Virus record (IMG/VR): IMGVR_UViG_3300010048_000027
Location: 1-34,119 of that record
DNA from: a virus
Taxonomy: Duplodnaviria; Caudoviricetes
Length of the DNA: 34,119 nt
Reading direction: 5' to 3' (one strand)
Shown: piece after piece, positions 25,914-34,119 of the stretch
Layout: every line of letters begins with the position of its first letter
How positions within the stretch are numbered: the first letter of the stretch is position 1
The notes under the pieces: model-generated
The model's input: the letters and a program-made list of their open reading frames with translations, nothing else
Told to the model about the DNA's origin: nothing
Databases searched by the model: none
Program-made: the position numbers and the translations under genes

Positions 25914-26674
25914 TCTCCACTGTTGGCGACCTGATAAACATGGTGCTCAAAGTGTCGGGCATCCTGGGCGTTGGCCAAACGGCCGTGCCCGATGACTTGA
26001 CGACCGGGCTGGACTGGCTGCGCGCGATCATCGGCCAGTGGCAGAAAAAGCGCTGGCTGGTGTTCGTGGAGCAGACCGTGAGCGTGGCGAGCTCCACCGG
26101 CGCGCAAACCTACAGCATCGGGCCGGGCTGCGATTTCAACATCGGCGGCCGGCCTGATCACATCGCCCGCGCCTATGTCAGGATCATCCCCGGCGTGCCG
26201 CCGAACCTCGTGGATATGCAGCTCGAGGTGATCGAGGCGCGTGAAGATTACGAGCAGATCAGCATCAAGACCCTGCAGACGACCCCGGCCATGGTGTTTT
26301 ACGAGAGCGGCTACCCGACCGGGCGAGTGTATTTCTGGCCAGTGCCACCGGCCGGGCAATACGGACTGTATCTGACCCTGAAGCTGCCGCTGCCGACCTA
26401 CATTTCGCTGGCCGATCCGATCGCACTGCCGGACGAATATCTCGAGGCGCTCATCTGGTCGATGGCTTGTAGAATGCAGGCGTCGTACGGATTGCAAGTA
26501 CGGCCAGACCATATGGCGCTTGCTAAGCAGGCAATCAACACTTTAAGGCAAGCGAACTCACAAATTCCTCAATTGGCAATCCCTGCGCCGGTGGGACGCA
26601 TTCGAGGAGACACATCGCTTGTTGGGCCGGGATTGGGACGTGCATTCGTGCTCGACCAGGGCGCCGTCCTTTGA
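25910..26674 (+). CDS. Head-to-tail adaptor (P22 gp4-like position)
   Basis: TVGDLINMVLKVSGILGVGQT..GLDWL..W; YFWPVP; LPDEYLEAL. Confidence 0.75.
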   Translation: MISTVGDLINMVLKVSGILGVGQTAVPDDLTTGLDWLRAIIGQWQKKRWLVFVEQTVSVASSTGAQTYSIGPGCDFNIGGRPDHIARAYVRIIPGVPPNLVDMQLEVIEAREDYEQISIKTLQTTPAMVFYESGYPTGRVYFWPVPPAGQYGLYLTLKLPLPTYISLADPIALPDEYLEALIWSMACRMQASYGLQVRPDHMALAKQAINTLRQANSQIPQLAIPAPVGRIRGDTSLVGPGLGRAFVLDQGAVL

Positions 26675-27214
26675 CTATCGGAATGGGCTGTAATCGCCAA
26701 AGGCGGCTTTGGATGCCAACTTATATGCCTCATGTGCCAGCTCAGCAGTATCAAACACGCCGATGTGGCGCATCCTTGGGCCATCCTTGATCTGTGCTCT
26801 GAATTTACCGCCAGGCAGGAGACTGACGCCAGGAAGGCCGCCGCTTCCTGCCGGTTTGATGGCATTCATGCGACTTTGCCGATGGTTCACGCTCCGTAAG
26901 TTCTCAATGCGATTGTTTGAAGGATTGCGGTCGGCGTGATCTACGAGATGCGGCTCTGTGCCGTGATGCATCTTCCATATAATACGAGACACAAGGATCT
27001 TGCGATGGAGCAAGTTGGTATAAAAGTACCCATTTTTGAATGGTGCTCCAGCCGGTTTGCCGGCTTGCTTGGCATTCCAAGCATTAGATGCATGGAGGCT
27101 TCTGAAGTGCTCTCGTGGTCTTTCCCGCCACCGCAGAATGCCGGTGTCTGGCGCATAGTCAAAACACTGGCGCAGATAATCGGCGGCTGGCAGCGTGCGA
27201 ATAACCTTGGGCAT
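26675..27214 (-). CDS. HNH-AP2 homing endonuclease
   Basis: FDYAPDTGILRW..VDHADRNPSNNRIENLR..PGVS..FRAQI..IGVFDTAELAHEAY. Confidence 0.9.
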   Translation of the reverse strand: MPKVIRTLPAADYLRQCFDYAPDTGILRWRERPREHFRSLHASNAWNAKQAGKPAGAPFKNGYFYTNLLHRKILVSRIIWKMHHGTEPHLVDHADRNPSNNRIENLRSVNHRQSRMNAIKPAGSGGLPGVSLLPGGKFRAQIKDGPRMRHIGVFDTAELAHEAYKLASKAAFGDYSPFR

Positions 27215-27289
27215 GGGTGTTCTCCATCGCTCTTGGCCAGGATGCGGCTGGGCGGTCGCTCGCCCACCGCATCCGCGGGAATATAGCAC

Positions 27290-28891
27290 ATGATCACAGC
27301 AGACGGCACGGCGGTCTACCCGTGGAACCACGGCGAGACGCTGACAGCCGCTGCGCTGAATGCCGCTTTCGCGCAGTCAACCGGGGCCTATGTCGGCACC
27401 GGAGCTCCCGGCGCGCCGGCCATCGGCACGGTCTGGTACAACAGCGGCACCGGGCTGGTGTCGATCTGGGACGGCAGCGCCTGGCAGCCCACCGGTCCTG
27501 CCACATCCGTTGGAACTACGGCGCCGGCATCGCCCATCGTCGGCGCGCTCTGGTTCGATACCACGGGTGGCCTGCTTTACATGTGGTACGACGACGGCAA
27601 CTCGAAACAATGGATCAACGTCAATAATTACAATGCGCCGTCTCCGGCAACGGGAGCGTATCTACCGCTGACCGGCGGCACGCTCACAGGCGCCCTGGCC
27701 GGCACCACGGCATCGTTCAGCGGCAACCTGGCAGGGCAAGTTACCTCTACCGGTTCGTCGACCGCGCGACTGCTGGCGGATCGCTGGCACGATGTGGTCA
27801 ATGTCAAGGATTACGGCGCACCGCTAAATGGCACGACGTTCGATGACACCGCATTTCAGAATGCCAGAGCGGCGGTCGGAACTGATGGCTCGGTGTATGT
27901 GCCCTACGGCAACCAGCGGGTCAGCGCAGCACCGACAACAGGACCAACAACGCAGGTACTGTGGCGTTATGACGGGACACACATCGGTACTGGTACGGCT
28001 ACCCCAGCAACCGGCCTCGGCACTGATGTGGTGGAGAATTTCTTCCAGGGCAACAAGTTCTTCGGGCGCAGCAACAGCTTCGCGGCGGTCAGTCCGGTGT
28101 TGCGCATCGACAGCACGGTCAATCACTCGGGCGGATCGGCAGCCAACAACATATCAGCTGTCAAGGTGAATGCGACCAATTCCGGCACGGCAGGCGAGAG
28201 CACGATCGGCATCGCTACGGTGCTAACAGAGAACCGTGGATCGCTCGGTGCGAATGCCACCAGCGTCGCGGTGACCGGATATACCGTGCGGACAGCTAAT
28301 ACCAATATCCTGAGCTACGGCGCCAACTTCTACATCAACGATACGACCGGCAATGCATCAGCCACCAGTGGTCAGGCAGTCGGCGTTGAGATGGATGTAC
28401 TGGCGAATGGATTGGATAATGGCGGTCTGGCTGGGCCATATGTTCCGGCGGGGCAAGGCATCCGTACGATTTGTAGCGTTATCGGCGCGCAATCCAATAC
28501 CGGAGGAGCGGATACTGAGATCGGCTGGGGCGTCGCTGTCGGGCCAACCAGCGGATCGTCGCATGTCATCTTCAAGCGGGCAATTGCGGTAACCGGCCAG
28601 TTCAATATCGCGGCGTTTTCGACACAGTATGCCGTGCAACTGGCCGGTGCGAATGCGGTTTGGCTCAACACCGGGCACATACTTGCCATGGACATCGCCG
28701 GCACCGGTGGCGCGGCCAATCTCAGGTTATCATCGAATGGCAGTGTGCTGACCGTAGCCGGTGGGCAGGTGGCGATCAGCGCGCTGCCCGGTACGGCGTC
28801 TTATGCTAACGATGCAGCGGCGGCGACCGGCGGCGTGGCGGTGGGCCAACTCTATCGCAACGGCTCTGCGGTAATGGTGAGGGTCACGTAA
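27290..28891 (+). CDS. Tail fibre/spike protein 1
   Basis: GALWFDT..LYMWYDDGNSKQW module, YLPLTGGTLTG, VVNVKDYGA..DDTAFQNA (start of a beta-helix-like region). Confidence 0.75.
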   Translation: MITADGTAVYPWNHGETLTAAALNAAFAQSTGAYVGTGAPGAPAIGTVWYNSGTGLVSIWDGSAWQPTGPATSVGTTAPASPIVGALWFDTTGGLLYMWYDDGNSKQWINVNNYNAPSPATGAYLPLTGGTLTGALAGTTASFSGNLAGQVTSTGSSTARLLADRWHDVVNVKDYGAPLNGTTFDDTAFQNARAAVGTDGSVYVPYGNQRVSAAPTTGPTTQVLWRYDGTHIGTGTATPATGLGTDVVENFFQGNKFFGRSNSFAAVSPVLRIDSTVNHSGGSAANNISAVKVNATNSGTAGESTIGIATVLTENRGSLGANATSVAVTGYTVRTANTNILSYGANFYINDTTGNASATSGQAVGVEMDVLANGLDNGGLAGPYVPAGQGIRTICSVIGAQSNTGGADTEIGWGVAVGPTSGSSHVIFKRAIAVTGQFNIAAFSTQYAVQLAGANAVWLNTGHILAMDIAGTGGAANLRLSSNGSVLTVAGGQVAISALPGTASYANDAAAATGGVAVGQLYRNGSAVMVRVT

Positions 28892-28892
28892 G

Positions 28893-30182
28893 ATGCTGGA
28901 CTTCCCTGGTTCACCAACACTCGGTCAGCAATTCACCGGACCGAATGGGATCTTCGCGTGGGATGGGGGGAAGTGGGCGCCGGCCGGCGTAGGTGCCTTG
29001 CCATTTCTGCCGTTGGCCGGGGGAACGATGACCGGCCCGCTGACGCTCTCGGCCGATCCTGCGGCGGCGTTGCAGCCGGTGACGCTGCAATATTTCAACG
29101 CGCATTATGCCGGGGGCACTGGTCCGTATCTGCCGTTAGCCGGTGGTACGCTCACGGGACCACTGAACGCCGTTGGTTTGTCGGCTAGCGGCACGGTGAG
29201 CGGTGCAGGCTTCACGACCTTGCTTGCGCCTTATGCGCCATTGGCATCACCGGTATTGACCGGCACGCCTGCGGCCCCGACGGCGACCGCTGGCACCAAT
29301 ACCACTCAACTTGCCACGACGGCCTTTGTCACCACGGCGGTTCCTGTCGCATCCTCTACACTGCCGATTATGGACGGGACTGCCGCAGTCGGCACCGGTG
29401 CGACATGGGCGCGTGCTGATCACGTGCATCCGACTGATACAACGCTCTATCCAATGAGCAATCCGTCTGGCTATGTGAATGCAGCAGATGCAGCTACAGC
29501 CGCTCCTGTGCAGTCAGTGGCTACACGTACTGGTGCAGTTACACTTACCCATACGGATATCACCGATTGGACCACAACATTAGCAGCATATGCACCGATA
29601 AACTCACCGACATTTACCGGCACCGTTGCACTTCCCGGTAGCTTCGCTTCAACAGGAGGCGGCTTCGATTTCACCGCTGCCTCCGGCGTTGTGGCAATGC
29701 ATGTGGATGATCCGACTGCGGCGCATCCCGGCCTGCGATTTTCTTACTCCACCGCGTCAAACACGTGGACTTTGAGTGGAACCAGCAATACGAATATCCT
29801 CATCGCACCCGGTGGTGCTGCTCAGTTCCAATGTGCCAATGTGCTCATAACAGGTGGTGCGATCAGCGCTACCACGATAGCTGCCACCACGTTTACGACA
29901 GCCTATTCCGCCAAGTCTGGCACATCGTATTCGGTGGCGGCCGCCGACTGTTCCCTGGTTATTACGCCGACTGCTGCCTTCACAATAACATTGGGAACCG
30001 CTACCGCTGGTCGTGTCCTTAACCTCTTAAATCAGGCGGCGTTTGCAATATCTAGTGCGACCGCAAACGTTGTGCCATTGGCAGGAGGCTCCGCTGCGAC
30101 AACGCTACTTGCAGCGACTGCGGGAAAGTTCTGCACGTTGCAAGGAAATGGCACCAATTGGCAGATCATGAATGCTAACTGA
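28893..30182 (+). CDS. Tail fibre protein 2
   Basis: MLDFPGSP..WDGGKW, LPLAGGT repeats, APTATAGTNTTQLATTAFV, ARADHVHP. Confidence 0.8.
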   Translation: MLDFPGSPTLGQQFTGPNGIFAWDGGKWAPAGVGALPFLPLAGGTMTGPLTLSADPAAALQPVTLQYFNAHYAGGTGPYLPLAGGTLTGPLNAVGLSASGTVSGAGFTTLLAPYAPLASPVLTGTPAAPTATAGTNTTQLATTAFVTTAVPVASSTLPIMDGTAAVGTGATWARADHVHPTDTTLYPMSNPSGYVNAADAATAAPVQSVATRTGAVTLTHTDITDWTTTLAAYAPINSPTFTGTVALPGSFASTGGGFDFTAASGVVAMHVDDPTAAHPGLRFSYSTASNTWTLSGTSNTNILIAPGGAAQFQCANVLITGGAISATTIAATTFTTAYSAKSGTSYSVAAADCSLVITPTAAFTITLGTATAGRVLNLLNQAAFAISSATANVVPLAGGSAATTLLAATAGKFCTLQGNGTNWQIMNAN

Positions 30183-30193
30183 GGAGAACTGAC

Positions 30194-31861
30194 ATGGCTG
30201 CGTTAGATACGACCGGTGGTACGATAACTCCTGGCACATTGAATTTGGCGGGTACCGTCGGTTCGTGGGGCGCCTACAACTATGGTCAACAGCTTCTGGT
30301 GACCGGACCCGGCACCAATCCAACAACAGCCATAGCTGACTCCACAGGAGCAAATTGGCTTGCGTTCACAAATTCTGCGGGTGGGTTGTTGATTTCCGGA
30401 ATGCCTGCAACGTCGGACTCTACGACACCGCCTGTACAATTAGCTGGGCTGTCTGCTGGCGGACAATTCTCCGTTGGATTTAATTCGCAGCCAGGAGGAA
30501 CTAAGTTACAGATTGGTCCGGTAACCGACTCATCAAGCAGTCCTGGGTACTTCGTATCAGTACAGAAGACGTTTTCGGGAACGGGAGGAACAACCGGAAC
30601 TGCCCCAGCAACTTTACGCGTTCAAGGTAATGTAACAGGTGCGTCACCGAACTTCAGCGTATACAACGTCAGCTCTGTTATGACGCTTGCGACGACAGGA
30701 CTGAATTCCAATACTCTGCCGACTGGGATTAATTCTCTGGTAACACGCACATCCGGCGCGACAGCATCCTGGCAATATCAGGGCCAGACAATAGACCAAA
30801 CAGGACTTCCACCATCTGCATCCGCGCAGTCCGTCGGCATGGCTTTGCAATTGCAGCAGAATGGTCCTGATGGAGCTAATGTATACTTTAATCCCGCATC
30901 CGGTGGACGATCCATATTAAGTTTGAATGCTGCAGATTATATCCCGCCTTCATGGGCTGCGCTTACTGCTTATGCTTCTGGTGCAGTGGTGACGCCGGGA
31001 AATGGATATGTATATATTGCAACCACGGGAGGAACATCTGGGAGCACGGCGCCGACTTGGCCCACATCGTCAGGAACAGTAGCTGACGGTACGGTAACCT
31101 GGTCGTTCGGCACAACTCAAGCAAGCGTTGTGAGCCGTGCCTTGTCCATAGGAGGCCCAACATTTGGCGCTGCAATTCTTGCCAATGCAGCATTTACGAA
31201 TGCTGTACTAGACTTCAGTCATTCTACGCTGGCAACTTCTGTGAATGCTAATGCCGCTGGCATTCGTTTAACATCAAATATGCCTATCGATTTTTCTGCT
31301 GACGGTACAGCCGCGGGACAGAACGTTCGAGTGCTGCGATATAATTCTAGCGCAGCTGCTTTCCAGTACGTCAAGTCAGGAACAGTTCAGTTTTCCATAA
31401 GCGATACTGGGAGTGTTACTATTACTGGCGCGCTGGTAAACCAGACGTTTACAGGTACGACCGATCTTGGTAGTGGCTCAGTCACGGGAGCAGCCTTGGC
31501 ATCTTATCTTGCATCTCCTCCGAACATTGGTGCAACGGCTCCAGCGACGATCGCTTGCACTTCGTTCACGGCAACTTGTTCTATGCAGACTGGCACAAGC
31601 TATACCATAGTCCCAGGAGACTATTCGTTAATCTTCAATCCAACGGCTGCTATGACGATTAGTTTGCCAGCGGCTTCTGCTGTTCCGGGACGTACTCTTG
31701 TCATGAAAACCATTGCAGCTTTTGCTGTGAATAGTAGTTTCAGCAACGTTGTCCCGCTAGCCGGAGGAGCAAACGGGGTTGCGATCCTTCCAGCGGCTGT
31801 AGGGAAGTGGTGTATACTTCAGAGCAATGGTGTCGCTTGGCAGATCATGGCAGCCAATTAA
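30194..31861 (+). CDS. Tail fibre/receptor-binding protein 3
   Basis: Thr/Ser/Gly-rich; WAALTAYASGAVV..YVYIATTGGTSGSTAPTWP carbohydrate-binding-like module; C-terminus homologous to that of fibre 2. Confidence 0.7.
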   Translation: MAALDTTGGTITPGTLNLAGTVGSWGAYNYGQQLLVTGPGTNPTTAIADSTGANWLAFTNSAGGLLISGMPATSDSTTPPVQLAGLSAGGQFSVGFNSQPGGTKLQIGPVTDSSSSPGYFVSVQKTFSGTGGTTGTAPATLRVQGNVTGASPNFSVYNVSSVMTLATTGLNSNTLPTGINSLVTRTSGATASWQYQGQTIDQTGLPPSASAQSVGMALQLQQNGPDGANVYFNPASGGRSILSLNAADYIPPSWAALTAYASGAVVTPGNGYVYIATTGGTSGSTAPTWPTSSGTVADGTVTWSFGTTQASVVSRALSIGGPTFGAAILANAAFTNAVLDFSHSTLATSVNANAAGIRLTSNMPIDFSADGTAAGQNVRVLRYNSSAAAFQYVKSGTVQFSISDTGSVTITGALVNQTFTGTTDLGSGSVTGAALASYLASPPNIGATAPATIACTSFTATCSMQTGTSYTIVPGDYSLIFNPTAAMTISLPAASAVPGRTLVMKTIAAFAVNSSFSNVVPLAGGANGVAILPAAVGKWCILQSNGVAWQIMAAN

Positions 31862-31872
31862 GGAACATATGA

Positions 31873-32100
31873 ATGCTACCGACGCCGACTATACAAATTC
31901 CTCCTGATGCTCGGTTATCTGTCAGTCTAGAGCTAACGGCACAGCATTGGATTGAGGTAATGAATATTTTAAGCAACGGACCATACCGGATCGTGATGCC
32001 AGTAATTGATGAGATACAAAAGCAGTGTACCGATCAAGCAAAAGTTCCACGAGAAGGACGTATTATGGCGTCAGTAGACGGAAATAATCACGATGCTTGA
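31873..32100 (+). CDS. Small protein, possible fibre chaperone
   Basis: LTAQHWIEVMNIL..IDEIQKQC; similar to the next gene. Confidence 0.6.
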   Translation: MLPTPTIQIPPDARLSVSLELTAQHWIEVMNILSNGPYRIVMPVIDEIQKQCTDQAKVPREGRIMASVDGNNHDA

Positions 32101-32194
32101 TTTTCCCAATGCGCCATCAAACCGCGTCCGCTGATCTGTGACCTATATAAGTCTGGCTCGAAGCGCAGTATCTCAGAACATAAAGGAAAGTGAC

Positions 32195-32413
32195 ATGAGC
32201 GGGACACAGATCGAGCCGACCACGCCGTTGCTGGTCACGCTGCCTGCACGGCAATGGAATAGCCTACTAACGGCTGCCGGCGAGGGCATGAATGCACTTG
32301 CTAGCATTATAAACGAGGTGCAGCGCCAGTGCATGCAGGCCTCGATGGTTGAGGCCGAGCCAATGCCCATTCCACGCCGCGAGCTGCGCCCCAACGGCGA
32401 GGCCAATGCCTAA
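32195..32413 (+). CDS. Small protein, paralog of 31873-32100
   Basis: LPARQWNSLL..IINEVQRQC; RBS AAGGA. Confidence 0.6.
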   Translation: MSGTQIEPTTPLLVTLPARQWNSLLTAAGEGMNALASIINEVQRQCMQASMVEAEPMPIPRRELRPNGEANA

Positions 32414-34119
32414 ACTCGCCCTGACCGGTGGCAGCTATCAGGCCCGCAGCGTCATCGCATCGGCCCAACGCTGCCTTAACTTGTTCCCGGAGCCGATGCT
32501 GCAGCAACAGGGCGAGCCTGCAGCATTCGCGCACTACCCAACGCCAGGCCTACGGTTGCTCAGCACGCTGCCGCAGGGACCGATCCGTGGTATCCGCCAG
32601 GCGACCACCGGCCAGATCTACGTCGTGGCGGGAAGCGGCGTCTATCTGATCGATCCCACGGCCTGGACTGGCTCGCTGCTCGGCAGCATCACCTCCGGCG
32701 TCACCACGCCAGTCTCGATGCAGGACAACACCCAGTCGATGGTCATCGTGGACGGATCGGCCAATGGCTGGACGATCGATCTTACATCCAACGCATTTGC
32801 GACGATCAGTGACCCGAGCGGCCTGTTCGCTGGCGCCGACCGGGTCGATTACATCGACACCTACTTAGTCTTCAACAAGCCAAACACGCCGCAATTCTAC
32901 TCCAGCGACAGCCTCGCTGTAACGTTCGACAATCTGAACTTCGCCAACAAATCATCCTACACTGACAAACTGGTGACCCTGGTCGTGGCCAAACGCGAGA
33001 TCTGGCTGCTTGGCGAGCGCACCACGGAGGTCTGGTACGACCTTGCCGCCGGCTCGAGTGGCGATATCTCAGCCACGTTCCCATTCTCCGAGATCCCGTC
33101 AACCTTTATCGATCACGGCTGCGCCGCGAAATACAGCGTCGCGACATACGACAATTCGGTGTTCTGGCTCAGTCGCGATCGATCCGGTCAAGGGATCGCC
33201 ATGCAAGGCGCAGGCTATCAGAATAAGCGCATCTCGACTTTCGCAATGGAACAGATCTGGGCGGATTATGCGACCGTCAGCGATGCGATCGGCTTCGTGT
33301 ATTTGCTCGGCGGCCACATCGTCTATGTGCTCACGTTCCCAACTGCGGATCATACCTGGGCCTACGACGTGTCCACTAATCTGTGGCACGAGTGGCTGTG
33401 GACCGACAGCCTGAACAACGAACATCGGCATCGTGCGAATTGCCATTACCACGTCAACGGTCTGAACGTGGTGGGTGACTGGCAGAGCGGAGCCCTATAC
33501 GCACTCGACCACAATGTATTCGATGATGCCGGGCAACCGATCAAGCGGCAGCGGGCATTCCCGCACATCCTGAACGACGGCAAGCGCATGTTCTATCGCG
33601 AGTTCCTCGCCGACTTCGAGACCGGCAACGCCGGCCCCTATCCCGATCATCCGCAAGGCATCACCTCATGCACCTTCGCCGCTCCCGATGGCACCTTGCT
33701 CGAGAACTACGCGCCGCACGCAACCGACTTCCAGGCGACATGGACGCAGCGGGCAGGCTCGGTGCAGATCACGGGCCAGCAGGCGGTGCAGGTCACGGGA
33801 CCGGCGATCTATCAACTCAACGCCGTCCCATCGCTGACGGACTACAGCGTGGCCTTCCGCGTGGTGCCGCTGACGCCCCTTCTCAACGATAGTATCGCTA
33901 CACTGATCGGACGATCGCCGGATGGTGCCAATGGCTACGGCGCCGGCATTGAAATATCCGGCGGCATCTATTACGCCATGCTGAGCGGCTACGCTGCGGT
34001 GTCCTGCGGCTCCGCGCCGCCTGATGGGTGGTTTGACCTGTCGCTGACCATGGTCGGGCCGCTCATCGCGCTCCGCGTGCAGCGCTCGTCCGATGGACTT
34101 TATCTGCACCCTGACGGGA
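32406..34119 (+). CDS. P22 gp10-like tail hub/DNA-stabilization protein, running off the window end
   Basis: MPKLALTGGSYQARSVIASAQRCLNLFPE..YPTPGL..IWLLGERTTEVWY..TWAYDVSTNLWHE; absent from the ORF track, consistent with no stop inside the window. Confidence 0.85.
   Translation, partial: MPKLALTGGSYQARSVIASAQRCLNLFPEPMLQQQGEPAAFAHYPTPGLRLLSTLPQGPIRGIRQATTGQIYVVAGSGVYLIDPTAWTGSLLGSITSGVTTPVSMQDNTQSMVIVDGSANGWTIDLTSNAFATISDPSGLFAGADRVDYIDTYLVFNKPNTPQFYSSDSLAVTFDNLNFANKSSYTDKLVTLVVAKREIWLLGERTTEVWYDLAAGSSGDISATFPFSEIPSTFIDHGCAAKYSVATYDNSVFWLSRDRSGQGIAMQGAGYQNKRISTFAMEQIWADYATVSDAIGFVYLLGGHIVYVLTFPTADHTWAYDVSTNLWHEWLWTDSLNNEHRHRANCHYHVNGLNVVGDWQSGALYALDHNVFDDAGQPIKRQRAFPHILNDGKRMFYREFLADFETGNAGPYPDHPQGITSCTFAAPDGTLLENYAPHATDFQATWTQRAGSVQITGQQAVQVTGPAIYQLNAVPSLTDYSVAFRVVPLTPLLNDSIATLIGRSPDGANGYGAGIEISGGIYYAMLSGYAAVSCGSAPPDGWFDLSLTMVGPLIALRVQRSSDGLYLHPDG

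Noticed and set aside
27290-31861. Diversity-generating retroelement or invertase-driven fibre switching
   Set aside because: No reverse transcriptase or invertase; the shared C-termini differ at all base types, not only at adenines
1-34119. Endolysin/lysis cassette
   Set aside because: No recognisable peptidoglycan hydrolase; it probably lies outside the window

Overview
This window is almost entirely one temperate P22-like (podovirus-type) phage, probably of a high-GC alphaproteobacterium. No host genes are visible. The gene order (end of the ejection genes, integrase and attP-like region, early genes, immunity switch, replication, packaging, head, tail) suggests a circularly permuted, non-integrated form. 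The standout region is 4.9-6.6 kb in the leftward early operon. It holds a stand-alone ~195-codon Cas7/RAMP-like gene with a C-terminal Gly-rich loop (interrupted by one in-frame TAA) and a winged-helix-like partner gene. These are interleaved with three intergenic arrays of strictly 5-nt-periodic repeats: a constant CRC triplet plus a variable NN on the coding strand. This resembles the RNA-guided VIPR-type phage systems as I recall them (GGY/NN), but with a different constant triplet. Other notable items are an Ala-start class 3 intein in the portal, a PEP-CTERM protein and a perfect parS core in the head operon, a mirrored strand-composition switch around the terminase genes, a PD-(D/E)XK plus MT-A70 pair, 17-bp operators, two antisense HNH genes and a modular tail-fibre cassette. 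All calls come from reading motifs by eye; no database searches were run.
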